Source: Takakia lepidozioides
Lineage: Eukaryota; Plantae; Bryophyta
Assembly (NCBI GenBank): GCA_030704615.1
Contig: CM060733.1
Span: 57,598,001 to 57,662,000, forward strand
Direction of reading: 5' to 3'
Length of the DNA: 64,000 nucleotides
Shown here: in pieces, positions 1 through 13,078 of the stretch
How the letters are laid out: each line of letters opens with the position of its first letter
Numbering within the stretch: the stretch's first letter is position 1
The notes under the pieces: generated by a model
Seen by the model: the letters and a program-made list of their open reading frames with translations, nothing else
Databases searched by the model: none
What the model was told of the DNA's origin: nothing
Translations under genes and position numbers: made by a program

Positions 1-998
1 GCATGCGGCCCCAATGATGCACAATGTTTTGCATGTCTACTGAACAGTCTGCTGGAGAATGGGTCTGCTGTCCGTCTTAAATGCATGACGGCACTGCCGG
101 CGCCAATGATGACGCGCCACGTCGTTCTGCATGGCCCGTCTGCTGTTAGTTTGAACTTCTTCTTCACGCGAGTCATGTGGTCTTCCGATGCATCTATCTG
201 CCCTTTTCATGCGCATTTTCATTTCAGTGCCCTCCATCTCCATTTCCCGCTGCTGACCCCGCCTCGGTTTGTCACTTGGACTTCTGGTCTACTGGTTTGT
301 CTGCTAAGTCTGTTGGTCTGTTTGTGGGGTAAACCTGCTTGGTCTGCTTATGTCCTGGTTTGCTTATCTCAGTAGTCTAGTAAACCCTCAATCCTCAGGT
401 CTGCTCAGTCTGCTCGTTTCGTTCGGCGGTCCACTCAGTCTAACGGTCCAGTCTGCTGCTCTAGTCTGCTTGTCCTCTATGCTGGTCTTTTGTACTGGTT
501 TACTTTGCTGTTCACTTTGTTGGCCTTCACTTATGTACTTTGTTGGAGAGCAGGCTCATGCTGTTCAAGAGTGTGTTCGGACAGCCATTGCGGCTTGGAG
601 AACACACACCAAAGACCCTCCTTTGCAAGTGAATGCGGTGCGGATAGAAGTGGACCGGGTTCGGGAATACATTTTGTGGAAGTATCCTGAGTCTGCCGCT
701 GCCATAGAGGCATTGTATACTGAGGCATTTCTGGGCAGCCCTAGTACTATCACCAGCCCTAAGTATGTGCCAAATGGAACGTTTCAGCAGATTTAACAGC
801 ATACTAGCTAGCAGTCTGGTCAGCAGACTATTCAACAGACTGACCAATAGACTGTCGAGAACAATGCCGAGGACATTTGTGGAGGACGCTGCCAATGTGT
901 CTGCCCACGAGACTGCGGCGCAGACTGCACACGAGTCCATCCAATAGACTGCCCTTGTCCCCTCCAGCACAGGTATTTTTGGTGTTTGGAGACCGCCA

Positions 999-1461
999 TT
1001 GCCGCTTGGTAATCCCACGCATGTAGATCTTACACTTCCCCGGTTTAGGGTCGGTGGATCAAGTGCCCACCTTGAATGGTATAGTGACCTTCACCACATC
1101 GTGACAAACCGGCGTTGGCTCTTTGTTTATTTTCACTATTCCATGGAGTACACGATCGAGGAAGCCAACCAGGTTCTGCAAAGTGCAAGCATGCTTGCAG
1201 TTGATGTGCTTAGTGACCGAAGCGAACCGCCGCTGCTTGTTCAGCTAATAGGCATAAAGTTCGCTGAACTTGTATCCAGTCTGTGACATGGGCAAGGACC
1301 TTAAGGATGATCCCAAGGGCATGGATGACCCACGCCCGGACGAGCTTCGGCATATGGCTATGGCACACCCAGCTTTTGGTGTGCGCGTAAAGCACTTGGC
1401 AGCACTGACAGACACTAGAAGCATTCGTGTCATTTACCACTGGGGTAACGACCCATTTTGA
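999..1461 (+). pseudogene. Unknown ORF interrupted by a 62-bp internal LINE fragment
   Basis: ORFs 999..1286 and 1270..1461 fuse in frame (LVQLIG-MDDPRPDEL) when the 67 nt between the GGCAT copies at 1251 and 1318 are removed. The insert encodes LYPVCDMGKDLKDDPKG, matching LINE family A. Confidence 0.45.
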
Positions 1462-2454
1462 GTCGTAAAAGTCAAAAAACTGGGATCGACTGGAAGTTAC
1501 AACAGACTAGTTACAACATACGTGGTAGTTGGGTTGGACATCCAATGATTGGAGTGGTAAAGGACGCACACGCGCGAACAACTGCTCAGCGATTAATGCG
1601 ATTGATGTTGAAGAACCACGTGGCGTAACCAGGCGGGCCGCCCGTGTGTCTGACCTTTTGGGCTGACTTTGACTTTTCCCTCCGGATGAGTGGACTGACT
1701 CACCCGGGGCGCGGTGACACATGGACGCGGACGTGGATGCGGACGTGGATGCCGATGTGGCGGCGCCGCAACGAGTAGCAATGCTGCCGCGTGGCCACGG
1801 GCCCAAGACGCCACATCGCAGTTGGCCACATCACTTGGAGTGCTGCATGTGACGTCGCAACAGCCACTGGCGAAGTCGACTGCACAACTTCCGGCAGACG
1901 AATCCACGGGGACCACGTAGAGCCATCTCGGGACTGCTTTGGCCAACTCCGCTACCACTGTGCTAGTTGGTTGCACTACAGTAGGAAAGCACGAAAAATG
2001 AGCACTTGTAGTGGTTTGTGTGAGTTTTCAATTGACCTGCATTCTAAGCTGAAAATATGGTTCTGATGCATTCTACTGGTTTTAGTGGTTCACCCATATG
2101 CAGGGGGAATTGAGAAGCAATGATACTGGGCGAGACTCAGAACACAGACCACGATGCATGCACAACATCACGCTAATGAACCAAATAGACGAGGCAACAG
2201 GGAGACCAAAGACCATCACACATACACATAGAAGGTGGACGGACACGACGACAAGTCAGGAAATGTGATATTACATTCAAATTAGAGACCGTCACGGCAC
2301 ACCTGCATATGAGCAAGACTAAATGCCAACATACATGGTTGCCGGACATCACTTAAACTGTCATGGCCCAAATGTTCAAAACTGGTAACGTGAGTATCAT
2401 ACACACTTCTATGAGTATCATTACACACCCAACAGGGACTACAAACATGAAATG

Positions 2455-5400
2455 TCACTTGATACTTTCACCTTTCCTCATACTCTTCTCTGGCCACAGA
2501 GTCACCGTGCCTTTCACGTGCGCTAGTGTGGTCTGGGGGGGGGGGCATCGTCCACATTTGGGCAAGGCAATGTAACACTTGGAAGCATGATCTCGTGGAC
2601 TTTCACCTTGTACCACCCGGATCGAATGTCCTTGCAGTGGAACTTTTCAACCCCGGTTGTAACGGTAGCCTTTAAGAGATCCAAGCAAGAAAAGGTTGGG
2701 CGCAGTTTACAAGGAGCACCTGAGAGCATTGTACACACAAGATCTGATATCTGCAGACACCAACATCAGGGTCCACTCAGCAACAAACATAGCAATGACA
2801 GGGTGAAAGTCAAGCGCAGCTGGGCATGGAAACGATCTTGGTTGCCACAATACTGAATCAGCAGCCAATTCACGGTGTACCAACGTACCTTGAAGCGAAG
2901 CTCGTCGCTGAGGGTGGCAACTGAGGAAAGCTGCCCACGTGTCTTCAACTGCAGCAGCAAAAAGAGGTTTAGTCAGACGGATAAGAATAACATGAACTCT
3001 GGTGGTTGCAATGGTATAAACACACCTCCACGGAGCAAGCTAACAAACACCCTGCTCAGACCCTAGCACTACAACTTCCTGGCAAAAATAACCCTACTAA
3101 AAACCAGCCAGGCAAAGCAAGGAGCCATGAATGCATGCCTGGGGAACCACGTCCTGCTGCGATGATGGTGCCGGGGACAGCCCACTCCTCTTGCTCACTT
3201 GCAATGAATACACATTGCAATGCTTCAAGAAGTGTATCCATAAAGGAAACCAACCAAGTAAGTTTGCGGAGAGGGGCTGGGAACAACCATACCTTGGGCG
3301 CTGCCTCCTCATGCCGGGGGGGGAATCCGGAATGTTGCCGCCGTAGCACTATGGTCGTAGGCGCAGGACCCACCTTCTTCACATTCGACCCCACTGCCAC
3401 TCCCTGTACATGTGGTCCCTGCAAAACATATAGTGCCAGCCTTGCGTGAGAGGGCATCCAGGGGGAACAAAACAAACATGGACTTTGGCTTCGATGTCAT
3501 GTTGCAAACAGTAAGGTTAGTTTCACCTGCATGGGCGCAGAAGTACTTCCCCCAACGACCCCATCCTCTCCCACATTCAAGCTGCCAGTCGGGGTCAGCT
3601 TCCGCGTGCTTGTGAAGACACGCACATCCTTGGAGCAAAACAAATCTTGGCAGTAGGGCCAGACTGTTTCTAAAAGGTAGTCTGAATCGGGCCCCTCACT
3701 GACATTGCCAGTGACATCAAACGACAATGGATGGACCATGTTCAAAGGGGAGTTCCCCCTCCCCTTGTGTGGTGAATCATCCACTAGGAGGGTGTTGGAT
3801 TCGTTAAATCCAGAAAATTCCGACCACACCCTCGACAGTCTCTTCTGTAAGTTTTGTACGGCAGGCCCTTTTGTGGGGTGTGGCTCTGTCAAGGGGTCAC
3901 ACTCCTCTTGTGACCACACAAAGAGGGGAGAACCCTTGACCCCCTGCATGACCACTTTGAAGATGTCTGCAACATTCCCCTTGGAAGCACAGGACCATAT
4001 CCCAACGTAGAAATACCGGAAGAGAAGGTTTAAAAACTCGCAGACCTGGGGCCTTGGGAAAACATACTTGTTGGTGGTCAACACCCATGGCCAATGACGC
4101 CTCGGGTTGGGCTGAAAGTTAGGAATAGAGTGGCACAGGATCCCGTTCAGGTCTAGAACAATTAGTTTCAATTTTTCTATGAAAAGAGCTTTTGAAGGGG
4201 TGTCACGGGGTCTCACCTCAGTGGGTTGGGAGACAACAGTCACCCCGGAGGGCAAAGTTTCGGTCCCCCTGCAGCCTGGACCAGGCAAACTACCACCCTC
4301 TCCCCCTACAGCTTCCCCTTTCCCCCCATCATGAGCAATGACCCCCCCATCGTCCATGTCATCCCCACCAACTTGCTGGACCTCTCCCTCTTCAACGAGT
4401 GGACCCTGCCCCCCACTATGAATATCATCAACAACAGCCCGGACCTCTGTCACATCCCTACCCACTACAATTACTTCCTCCTTGTCAGGTACAATGGTCG
4501 CAGCAGGGGGGTCTTCCATAATGCCACCCGTCACACCCCCTTTTTGCCCCATCATGAGTTCCACTATCTTCTTCAGTTGTGCTTCCATTCCCCTCTCCCG
4601 CTCCGCAGAGAGAGCCGCAAGCCTCTCCAGGGCCCCGATGCGGGCTGCCATTGAGTTCCCCGCTCCCTACGCATACAAACACCCACCCGTACTGTTAAAA
4701 ACCAGAAGAAGAGGCCGAATGTGCAGGATTTTAGGCATTCGGAGATGGCTAGGTTTGGCATAACACCCCTCATGTACCATGCGTGGGGGCCCCACATACC
4801 CACCAAATCTTAGTACAACAACAGATTCATGAATGGAAACCGGACTTCAAAACATACCTGGCTCAAAACAGACTCTGATGGGGTGCCAGTCGCAGCGTTC
4901 TTGCACTCCGCCCCGAGCTCGGACAGTGACGGGCTCCGCGCTTTGCGTCTTTTCTGTATTTGCCCATCCACACACTGTCAGTACAAAATGCCAGGAGCAT
5001 ATGGACAAAGCACTGCCCTGCATATCACATAACAACTAATTCTGCACAAGCAATAAAACCCACTCGTGGGTGTCTCTTCCATCAGAACATGCCACAACGT
5101 AAGAGCAATGAGAAGGGGGTGAGGGAGATTACCAAACGGGCTGCTTGGCCTGCAACTCCTGCCCGGCCCCAACGCGAGGGGTTCGTGACACAAGCACGCG
5201 CTTGCTTCATCCCTTCAACCTTTGCAAGTCCACGAGGGGACTCCCAGTAGGCAACAAGCTTATCCCAATAGGCGGGTTCAGTGTTCATTGGCCTCACACC
5301 AGTCTTCGCCCATTTATCTTTCAGTTTTGCTCTTTCTCCTTTCATTATCTTCCCACATTGCTTCACTATAAAATCACGATTGGCAGGGATAGGTGTGTAC

Positions 5401-5920
5401 TCGTACATTCCATTTATGCCCTCTATTACTGTTGACATGGCACTCTGGGACTGCTGGTCAATGTCTTGTACGCTTGAGTCAAGGTAACGCAATGCCAGGC
5501 CACGCAAATCACGCTGCCAGTGTTCCTTACCTTCGCAGCCAGCATTGATGACTCCATTTCCATGCACCTCCACCTTGTGGCGCTTTAGCCCTGCAGCCAC
5601 CCTTCCCTCTCCATCTCCTTCCCATTGTTTCATGGCATGACGTCGTTCCTTCCTCAGCTCTGATGTCCGTTTCCTGCCCCCATGCTCTGGAGCAGCGCCG
5701 TCATACGTTGTGGGGGGTGACTGATGTGTGCCGGAGGGGGAGGGCCGTATGGAGATGTGGGAGGCCCCCATTGTGACGTGGCAACATCAGGAAGCCAGCG
5801 CCACGACCCCGAAGCAGGGGGGGCTCCCCATGGTGCACTCTGTTGTGGAGACCATCCGGCAGGGGGTGGGTGCCAAGGTTGGTGTTGGTTGGCATTGGTG
5901 GCTGTGAGCTTCACTCCCCT
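2455..5920 (-). CDS. CACTA TnpA-like protein (Transposase_24-like N-domain + FCP1/SCP-like HAD phosphatase + Tnp1-like C-terminal domain), multi-exon
   Basis: Exon ending 5133 encodes YWDKLVAYWESP..KVEGMKQAR..PSRWGRAG (Ptta/En/Spm TnpA signature). Phase-0 GT-AG joins give 5133>4953-4858>4666-3527>3418-3293. After small exons (~3190-3140, ~2948-2889), the last exon encodes FHCKDIRSGWYKVKVHEIMLPSVTLPCP...TLAHVKGTVTLWP, with a frameshift in the G11 run at ~2535-2545. 5' end approximate. Confidence 0.75.
3527..4666 (-). CDS. Exon encoding FCP1/SCP (NIF)-family HAD phosphatase-like domain
   Basis: ORF 3497..4651 contains LIVLDLNGIL, VFPRPQVCEFL, YVGIWSCA, LFVWSQEEC, KRLSRVW and NTLLVDDSPHKG, the FCP1-homology motifs in order. 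Confidence 0.85.
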
Positions 5921-6545
5921 TCCGCTGCCAAAAACATCCCACACACAAGGTGCATCAGCTGTAGTCCTACTGAACACAACGTCACCAGAGCACAAACCAT
6001 CCCACAACCACAACTATGGATTGGCTGACCTCAAACCCACTCCCCTGCAGCGCAAGTGCCAAAAACTGAAAAGGAGAGGGACAGAATGTCCTCATAACAT
6101 GTAAGCCCATTCATTGGTGAAGAAACAGAATGTGGGCGGGTTCACATCAGTACCACATGAAACTTACCAGGAAACAGAACATCCATCCGGGTTTTGCACA
6201 TATCCAGTGGACATCTATTCACACAATCAGCAAATGGCTGTATGGCGGAGCCCAGCAACGGAGCCCCAAAAGGCCTAAAGACTCTCAATGTTGGTAAACA
6301 CAGGTGCAGACACAATTCAATTGAAAGGATATTGCAGACCTAGCCTCGTTGGAGTTATCAACGCATATAGCAAATGCGTACTCCAACGCAGGTGCAATGA
6401 CGTGACAAAGCAACATTTCCTTGACCTAAAAACTAGTCCCTCTGCACACAGTGGTAGACCTGAAGGTTTTTCCACGATGTCCTCCCCCATGACACAAATT
6501 GAAAACATGTTCAGGGATGTTTTCTGCCTAACTTCATTTTCTGCC

Positions 6546-7653
6546 CAATCAGATCTCCTCTACGCTGATGATGTTGCCCTTTTGGCACAATCCCCGGTCT
6601 TTCTGCAACGCCATATCAAAATTTTGGAACAGTTCTGCAAAGACTATGGGATGCAAGTCAATCTTAGCAAGACCAAGATCATGGTCTTCAATGGCCAGGC
6701 TGATCGTAGATTCATCTTCAACCAGCAGGAAATTGAGATTGTCAAATCATACCGGTACCTAGGTCTGGTTATCCACTCCCCCAAGTTTCACTTTGCAGCC
6801 ACTGCCTTGGACAGATTGACTAAAGGTAAGGCGGCCTCCGTCCGCCTTCACGCCAAATGCAAGCAAATACATCTGCGGCATCCCCCGACCAAAAAGTGGT
6901 TGTTTGACACCGTCGTCAGCCCTGCTACCATCAATGGTTGTGAGTTCTGGGCACCTGGTGTCCCTGTCTCCTGGTGGGAAAAGAATTTGGAACCATTACA
7001 GTCATCTTTTCTCCAAGCAATGCTTGGCGCCAGGAGCACAACTCCATCTCAGATCCTAGGTGCAGAGTTCGCATGTGTACCATTGCAATCCGAGGCACAG
7101 TTCAGGCTTACAATCTTTCTCCATAGATTGCAGGCCCTTCCACCCAAAGGGCTAGTGGCAAGGGCCCTCACAACATCTATGAGGCTCAAAGCTGCAGGTT
7201 TCGGGAACTCCTGGTATGCTCGAGTGGACAGTTTATTGAAACGTAACGGACTTTCTACTGCTTTCCTATTACCAATGAACCCACATGAGGTGGACATCAC
7301 ATCCAGACATGACCGCAACAGACTCATTCGGAGAGAGCTTATGGAATTACATGTCAAGAGAACTTGGATGCTACCCAATCTCACAACAAAGCTCCACTTC
7401 TATCGAGAGACATTCTTGGTGCTCCGCGATGATAGAATCTTCAGACCAAATTACCTTTCAGCACCCTTACCTCCTTCCCTCTTGAGGGCATTGGGGCGGT
7501 TCAGGGTGGGTTCCCACAACCTACGGATAGAGACTGGCAGATGGGAAAACCTGCAACGGGAGGACCGCCTATGTCCAGCTTGCATAGGGCGCAACAAGGA
7601 AATTGAAACTGAAGAACACTTCTTCTTCTACTGCCCTGTATACTACGAGATCC
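6546..7653 (+). mobile_element. Truncated non-LTR retrotransposon (family B): RT C-half and CCHC zinc finger
   Basis: LLYADDVALL, VNLSKTKIMVF, YRYLGL, FRVGSHNLRIETGRW and RLCPAC..ETEEHFFFYCP; near-identical to 57860-58075. Flanked by minus-strand family A remnants (~6440-6545, ~7654-7725). Confidence 0.85.
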
Positions 7654-9771
7654 GTTTGAACAACTTTGTGGATATGTGCATCCCAGTTTCAGTTTCAGTT
7701 TCAGTTTCAGGAGAACTCAACGCCCAGAAAACAAGAACACAAGTAGGGGTAGAACTCACCTCATGCGCAGCGGTTTTGTGTTGTTTGCGCACCTTTTGGA
7801 GAGACTCTGCAGATGGAGGTGCAATTTCCTCGAACTGTCCTCCACCTCATCGTCGTCGCCCATGCTATACTCGCTTGTGTCAAAATCCGAACTCGAAGAC
7901 CGCCCACCGCTCTGCCTTCCCTCTCGCACCGACGCCATCTGTACCGGATTCAGTCGAGCCAGGCGGGGGCTCCTTCGCACCGCGGGGCTGGAATGTGCAG
8001 AAGTGGGAGGAGGTGATGCTGCCTCGGCGGTCGAGCGTTCTTACTAGGCGTGGACATAGACCATGACAAAGATGAAGACGAGCGAGGACATAGACCATGA
8101 CCAAGACAAAGACGAGCGAGGAAGACCAAGACATGCAAAGGAGGAAAGAAGGACAAGGAGGGGAGTGTGATCACACACACCCCCCCCGATCTGTAGTGAA
8201 GATCCGGCCGTTGTTGATTTCAAATATGAACACGTGTCGTGCATCCGACACTATGGCCTTTTCGACTTTGAGACGTTAAACCCTAAACCACTTACAATCC
8301 TCCAGACAACTAGATGTAGTGATTCACACAACTGACATGGATCCGTTAACTTTTTTTCGTTCAAAATTAGGCGAAGGAAACACACTGCAATGATGCCGTG
8401 TATGGCTCCGCTTTACATGCATTCTTGGAGAAAATGCGCATGATGTGTGAGAAGTGAACACAGTGCTCTGCCAAATGATTCAGCAAAAACAAACTCAACT
8501 GTAGTGGTTCTCCCATCGCAGAGAAGGGTCCATTCGACACCCATCGCACCATGCCAGGTTGAGGTCCTCACACACACACCTACACACCGAGAATTTGCGA
8601 ACCCACATCAGCTGGGAGAACATGGAAATTACCCCGTGGATCACATGCAAGCATGAATGAGAAATGGGTTTATGTTACATGGGAGATTTTGGTGTACCTG
8701 CGCGACATGCAACTCTGTCTACATACTCCATAAGTCGCTGTCCCAAGACCCAAGTGGACAGGGGAGGCCGGTGAGTCTGTACCACAAATGGTAATCATAC
8801 AGCAGAGGGTACTGCTGCCCAACGTGCAAAAGCCGCCGGCTGCAGGATGCTAGGCATGCGAACTCGGGCACAACACGCCTCCTCTGCACCCCACTCCGTC
8901 CCAACCAGTGCAAAACAACCGTGCATGCATTGACTGCCCTCTGGCTTTCTCTCCAGGCATTTGGGGGTCTGCGATCTGCTACACGTAAGTGTCTTTGAAT
9001 GCGACGATCAAAGGATCCGGTCACTTGCAGTTGCCGTCTCAAGGGCAGCATTGCAAGAATCAGAATTAAGTAAGAAAGATGGTGGAAGAAGCTGCAAACA
9101 GCAAATGAGTGAAGTGGCAGGGCGATGCTCCATTTTTAACATGCTCCCCTTCCCGCCATGGTGATAGAGCCACACAAATGGACTCTCTTCCCGCCACGGT
9201 GCAATTTCACGGCAACGGAACGGGATTGTCCGCCGAAACGTGATTTGGAGATGGCCTAAGACAAGTGGCGCAAGTTCTGGCCTTGTAGTCAGGTTGTTCA
9301 CACTTCAATGCACACATTTCATACACATTCAACCATATGCCCAAGATCACAACGTCGTCAATCGTGAAAATTGAAATTCCACGTACGTCCTCCGATTCCT
9401 CACACACACACGAACTGTAGAGACAGGTCGTTTTCCAGGATGTCGTTGTTTGAGTCGATTTTGGTCATTTCTCTCAGTGTCTTGTTGAAAAGATTCTAGT
9501 TATGATGGGAAGCATCGTGATGGCTTTTAAATGGTTTGCTGTTGAGTGTAACTTTTCATCATGTTGTGGAATCTACCGGTTGGTATAAAATGTCAATTGT
9601 CTTCTCTGCCAAGGATGTGCGGCTGAACCTTTCAAATTGAGATTGCAGGAGGAGGGAATTGACGGTAGTGAAATGGGAGTGGCAGAGCCAAATTGAGGAA
9701 TCTCTGCAAAGGAGAATCCGGCCCCCTGCAACGGCGTGCACAAACAGCATTGAAGAGGCTCCCCAACAAAA

Positions 9772-12378
9772 ATGAGTTCCCCTCGCCCATGCGGAGGACT
9801 TCCAATTAATCACCCCTGTAGACAGAACACCCGAGATGACAGGTTGTGGGAAAGAGAAGTGGCACGTGCCCGAGCCCTTGGGCTTTCAAGGATGCCATGC
9901 CCATGTGAACGTTGTTTGGGCACTACAAGTAGATCTGAGGACGGTGTGCGCACACATCTCCTTCACCACAAAAGACATGAAGCATTTCGGGTGTGGATTG
10001 GAGATGGACCTGCAGACGAAGACGATGAGGAGTGGGCACAATTGGACAATGCACACCCCCGAGGGAGCCATACAGACAGGCCAGACGAGGACTATGTCAT
10101 GGGCGCAGGACATGAACCAGGCATGGACGGAGGGGTGGAGATTACTCGAATGTTGCAGGAAGCATTCCACATCATGGACGATGCTGAAGAGGGGGACGGC
10201 GCTGCGACAACTGGGGATGGTGATGACGCAGGAAATGAAGGCATTCACGTGGGGGAAGGCGTGGAAGGAGGTGGAGATGAGAATTGAATTCTGCACACAT
10301 GACACTAGAAGAAGCATGTGTGCCACTGTACGAGGGATGCAAATCCACAAAGCTTGCTGCCACCATGCTGTTGATGAACCTGTGCACAACCCACGGAGTC
10401 TCAGACCATTTTGTGGACGAGTTGTTCTCTTTGCTTCGGCTGAACTTGCTTCCACAACCAAATGAAATGCCAAAAAGCTGTCACATGGCCAACCAAATGA
10501 TTGGGAAGCTCGGCCTCAACTACGTGAAAATACATGCATGTCCAAAAGGACATGTACTTTTCAGAAGAGAGTACAAGGATGCTATGGAGTGCCCCAAATG
10601 CGGTGCAGCCCGATACCATGATGTGGGCAGGTTACAACAGCCAGCCAAGGTGTTGAGGCACTTTCCCCTTATCCCCCGTCTATTACGAATGTACAAATGC
10701 AAGACCATTAGTGAGCTCATGACTTGGCATTCCAGGAATGCCTCAAACGATGGTTTGGTAAGGCATGTCCCAGATTCCCTTGCATGGAAGCATATAGATG
10801 CAACTTGGCCCGATTTTGCCGAGGACCCACGCAATGTGCGATTGGCTGTATCTACGGATGGAGTAAACCCATACGGATCAAAGAGTTGCACATGGTCCAC
10901 ATGGCCCGTGCAGTTGGTGGCATACAACCTGCCACCATGGTTGACAACAAAGAAATTCTTTGTCATGTTGTCTCTCTTGATTCCAGGCAAGGAGTCCGTG
11001 ACAAATGCAAACATAGATGTATATTTGCAACCATTGATTGAAGAGCTACAGGAACTATGGATTGGAGTTGAAGCTTACGACATTTTGAAACCAGTAGGGC
11101 AACGGAGTTTCACCCTCCGTGCCATACTCATGTGGTCAATCCACGATTTCCCCGCATATGGCCTTATTGCGGGTTGCAAGACGAAGGGCTACAAAGGGTG
11201 CCCCATTTGTGGGCCCTATGTGGATTCACGGCACTCAAAGCCACTAGGGAAGACAATATACATGGGGCATCGACGTTACCTTGCAAGAAACCACCCCTAC
11301 CGACGAGCAGGAAGGCACTTCAATGGATGTGTTGAAAAGAGAATGGCACCAAATGCTGTGACACCGGAGGAGACATTGCAATTTGCAAAGGAGAAAGAGG
11401 CGTTCATGGAGATTGGAGGGAGAAACGGAAGTAGTGCGGATCCAGCCATGGAGCACGGGGTGAAGCGCCGGACAATCCTTTGGGATTTGCCATATTGGAA
11501 GGTGCATGAATCCCCCCCCCCCATTCACTCACTTTCTTTCACATTGTGCTTCCTGGAATTACCTTTACTGTCAGGAGTCCTTCCACCAACTCCTAAGTCA
11601 GTGTAACTACTATGCAGTAGATGTTGAAGTCGTACACCTCACTGTGGAGAGGATCGTGGAGTTGTTGAAAGCAGAATGTAGTAACATGGACAACTTCTGC
11701 CACATATTCTACTTTTTTTGCCCATAGAACTTGGTCTCATGGGAGGACATTTGGCATTTCAGAACCTCTTGCAGCGGTACCTCCTGGACCCCATGCATTG
11801 TGAGAAGAACTTCTGCGAGAACATTCTGAAGACTATCTTTGGGGAGAAGGATACGATAAACGTACGAAAGGACATGGGGAGATTGAAGGGATACGGTCAC
11901 ATCTGTGGCTAAGGCCTGATCCAAATAGGCCAGGCAAAGTGCTCATGCCAGCAGCATCATACGTCCTGACCAAATCAGAGCAAGAGGATTTTTTGAAGAC
12001 ATTGGGAGCCATGAAAGTGCCAACCGGATTCTCGGGTGTTTTCCAAAAGCATGCCATAAACAAGAAATGGTCGGGGATGAAGTCACATGATCTACACGTG
12101 ATGATGCAACAGATTTTGCCAGTGTGCATTCGGGGTACGATGGCGCCAGGTCCTCGAACAGCCATAATGCGTGTAAGTCGAGTGTTTAGGAAGATTTGTG
12201 CGAAGGTGTGGGATCCGAGGGACATTACATCGTTGCATGAGGATGTGGCTATGACCCTATGTTTGCTGGAGAAAGAATTCCCTCCATCATTCTTTGACGT
12301 CATGACGCACTTGCTAGTGCATCTTGTAGAGGAGTTGCATGTGTGTGGGCCGTAGCCAGCCGGTGGATGTACCCCAGG
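9772..12378 (+). mobile_element. CACTA/En-Spm TnpD transposase (transposase-associated domain, Transposase_21, DUF4218), frameshifted and 3'-truncated
   Basis: MPCPCERC..VRTHLLHH; KIHACPKGHVLFR; LRHFPLIPRL; RNVRLAVSTDGVNPY; YNLPPWL; IDVYLQPLIEEL; WSIHDFPAYG; intron ~11502-11762 (PYWK|NLLQRYLLDPMHCEKN); GMKSHDLHVMMQ; FPPSFFDVMTHLLVHL; ends abruptly after RWMYP. Confidence 0.92.
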
Positions 12379-12595
12379 GATGCCTCGGCGTGAGCCTGGT
12401 CACGTGAGCACGTGAGCGCGTGAGCGCGACTGCGCTCACGCCACGTCACCTTGCGCAAATGCCACATCACGGGTCTCAGTCCACGTCATCACACGTGGAG
12501 GCCGAGTCACCACGCACCCAGAAAGAAGTGGAGTGTATTCCCGCGGATTGGCACCCTTTACCGCGGAAACAAGCTGGACGACATAATAAAAGGCA

Positions 12596-12950
12596 TTGAA
12601 TAAATGATGGATGAATGTACAGTTGGATGATAAACAGATGGATGAGTTTGAAAAATCTATGTAGATGGATGAATGACGGATGGATAAGAGTAAAATGGAT
12701 GAATGTATAATGGATGTTGAGCAATGACAAAAATTCATGACAGGAAGATGCATGACCAAATCTTTTGACGAATGCACAAAGTATATGAAATGAGTGTGGA
12801 AGGTTTGTGGGGTGGATTAAAGAGTACAGAGGATGAATGTACAATGGATGTTGTACAAAGGAAGCTTTCATGAATGGAGCACGCATGAATACAGTGTAGA
12901 TGAATGCACAATGGATATGAGAAGAGTCAGGAAGGTTTGTGAGATGGATT
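12596..12950. repeat. Degenerate GGATGAATGTACA/GATG-rich tandem repeat
   Basis: Many ggatgaatg(t/c)a(c/t)a and gatggatg units between TnpD and the 3' end of the MTase-like gene. Confidence 0.6.
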
Positions 12951-13078
12951 CATACATATAGCAATTTAAACGAAAGTTGATTCTGTGATTATTATTTGTT
13001 CTAAAGGAACAACTACGGTAGAGTAAGGGGATTCAACGTTTCCAGATAATATGAAAATGAATATTAAAAGAATACCGT

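Noticed and set aside
1974-2013. CACTACA...TGTAGTG as CACTA terminal inverted repeats
   Set aside because: Only ~40 bp apart, no 3-bp TSD and no matching distant end identified.
6288-8066. 592-aa ORF as a single gene
   Set aside because: Chance read-through across family A remnants, a family B LINE fragment and unrelated flanks.
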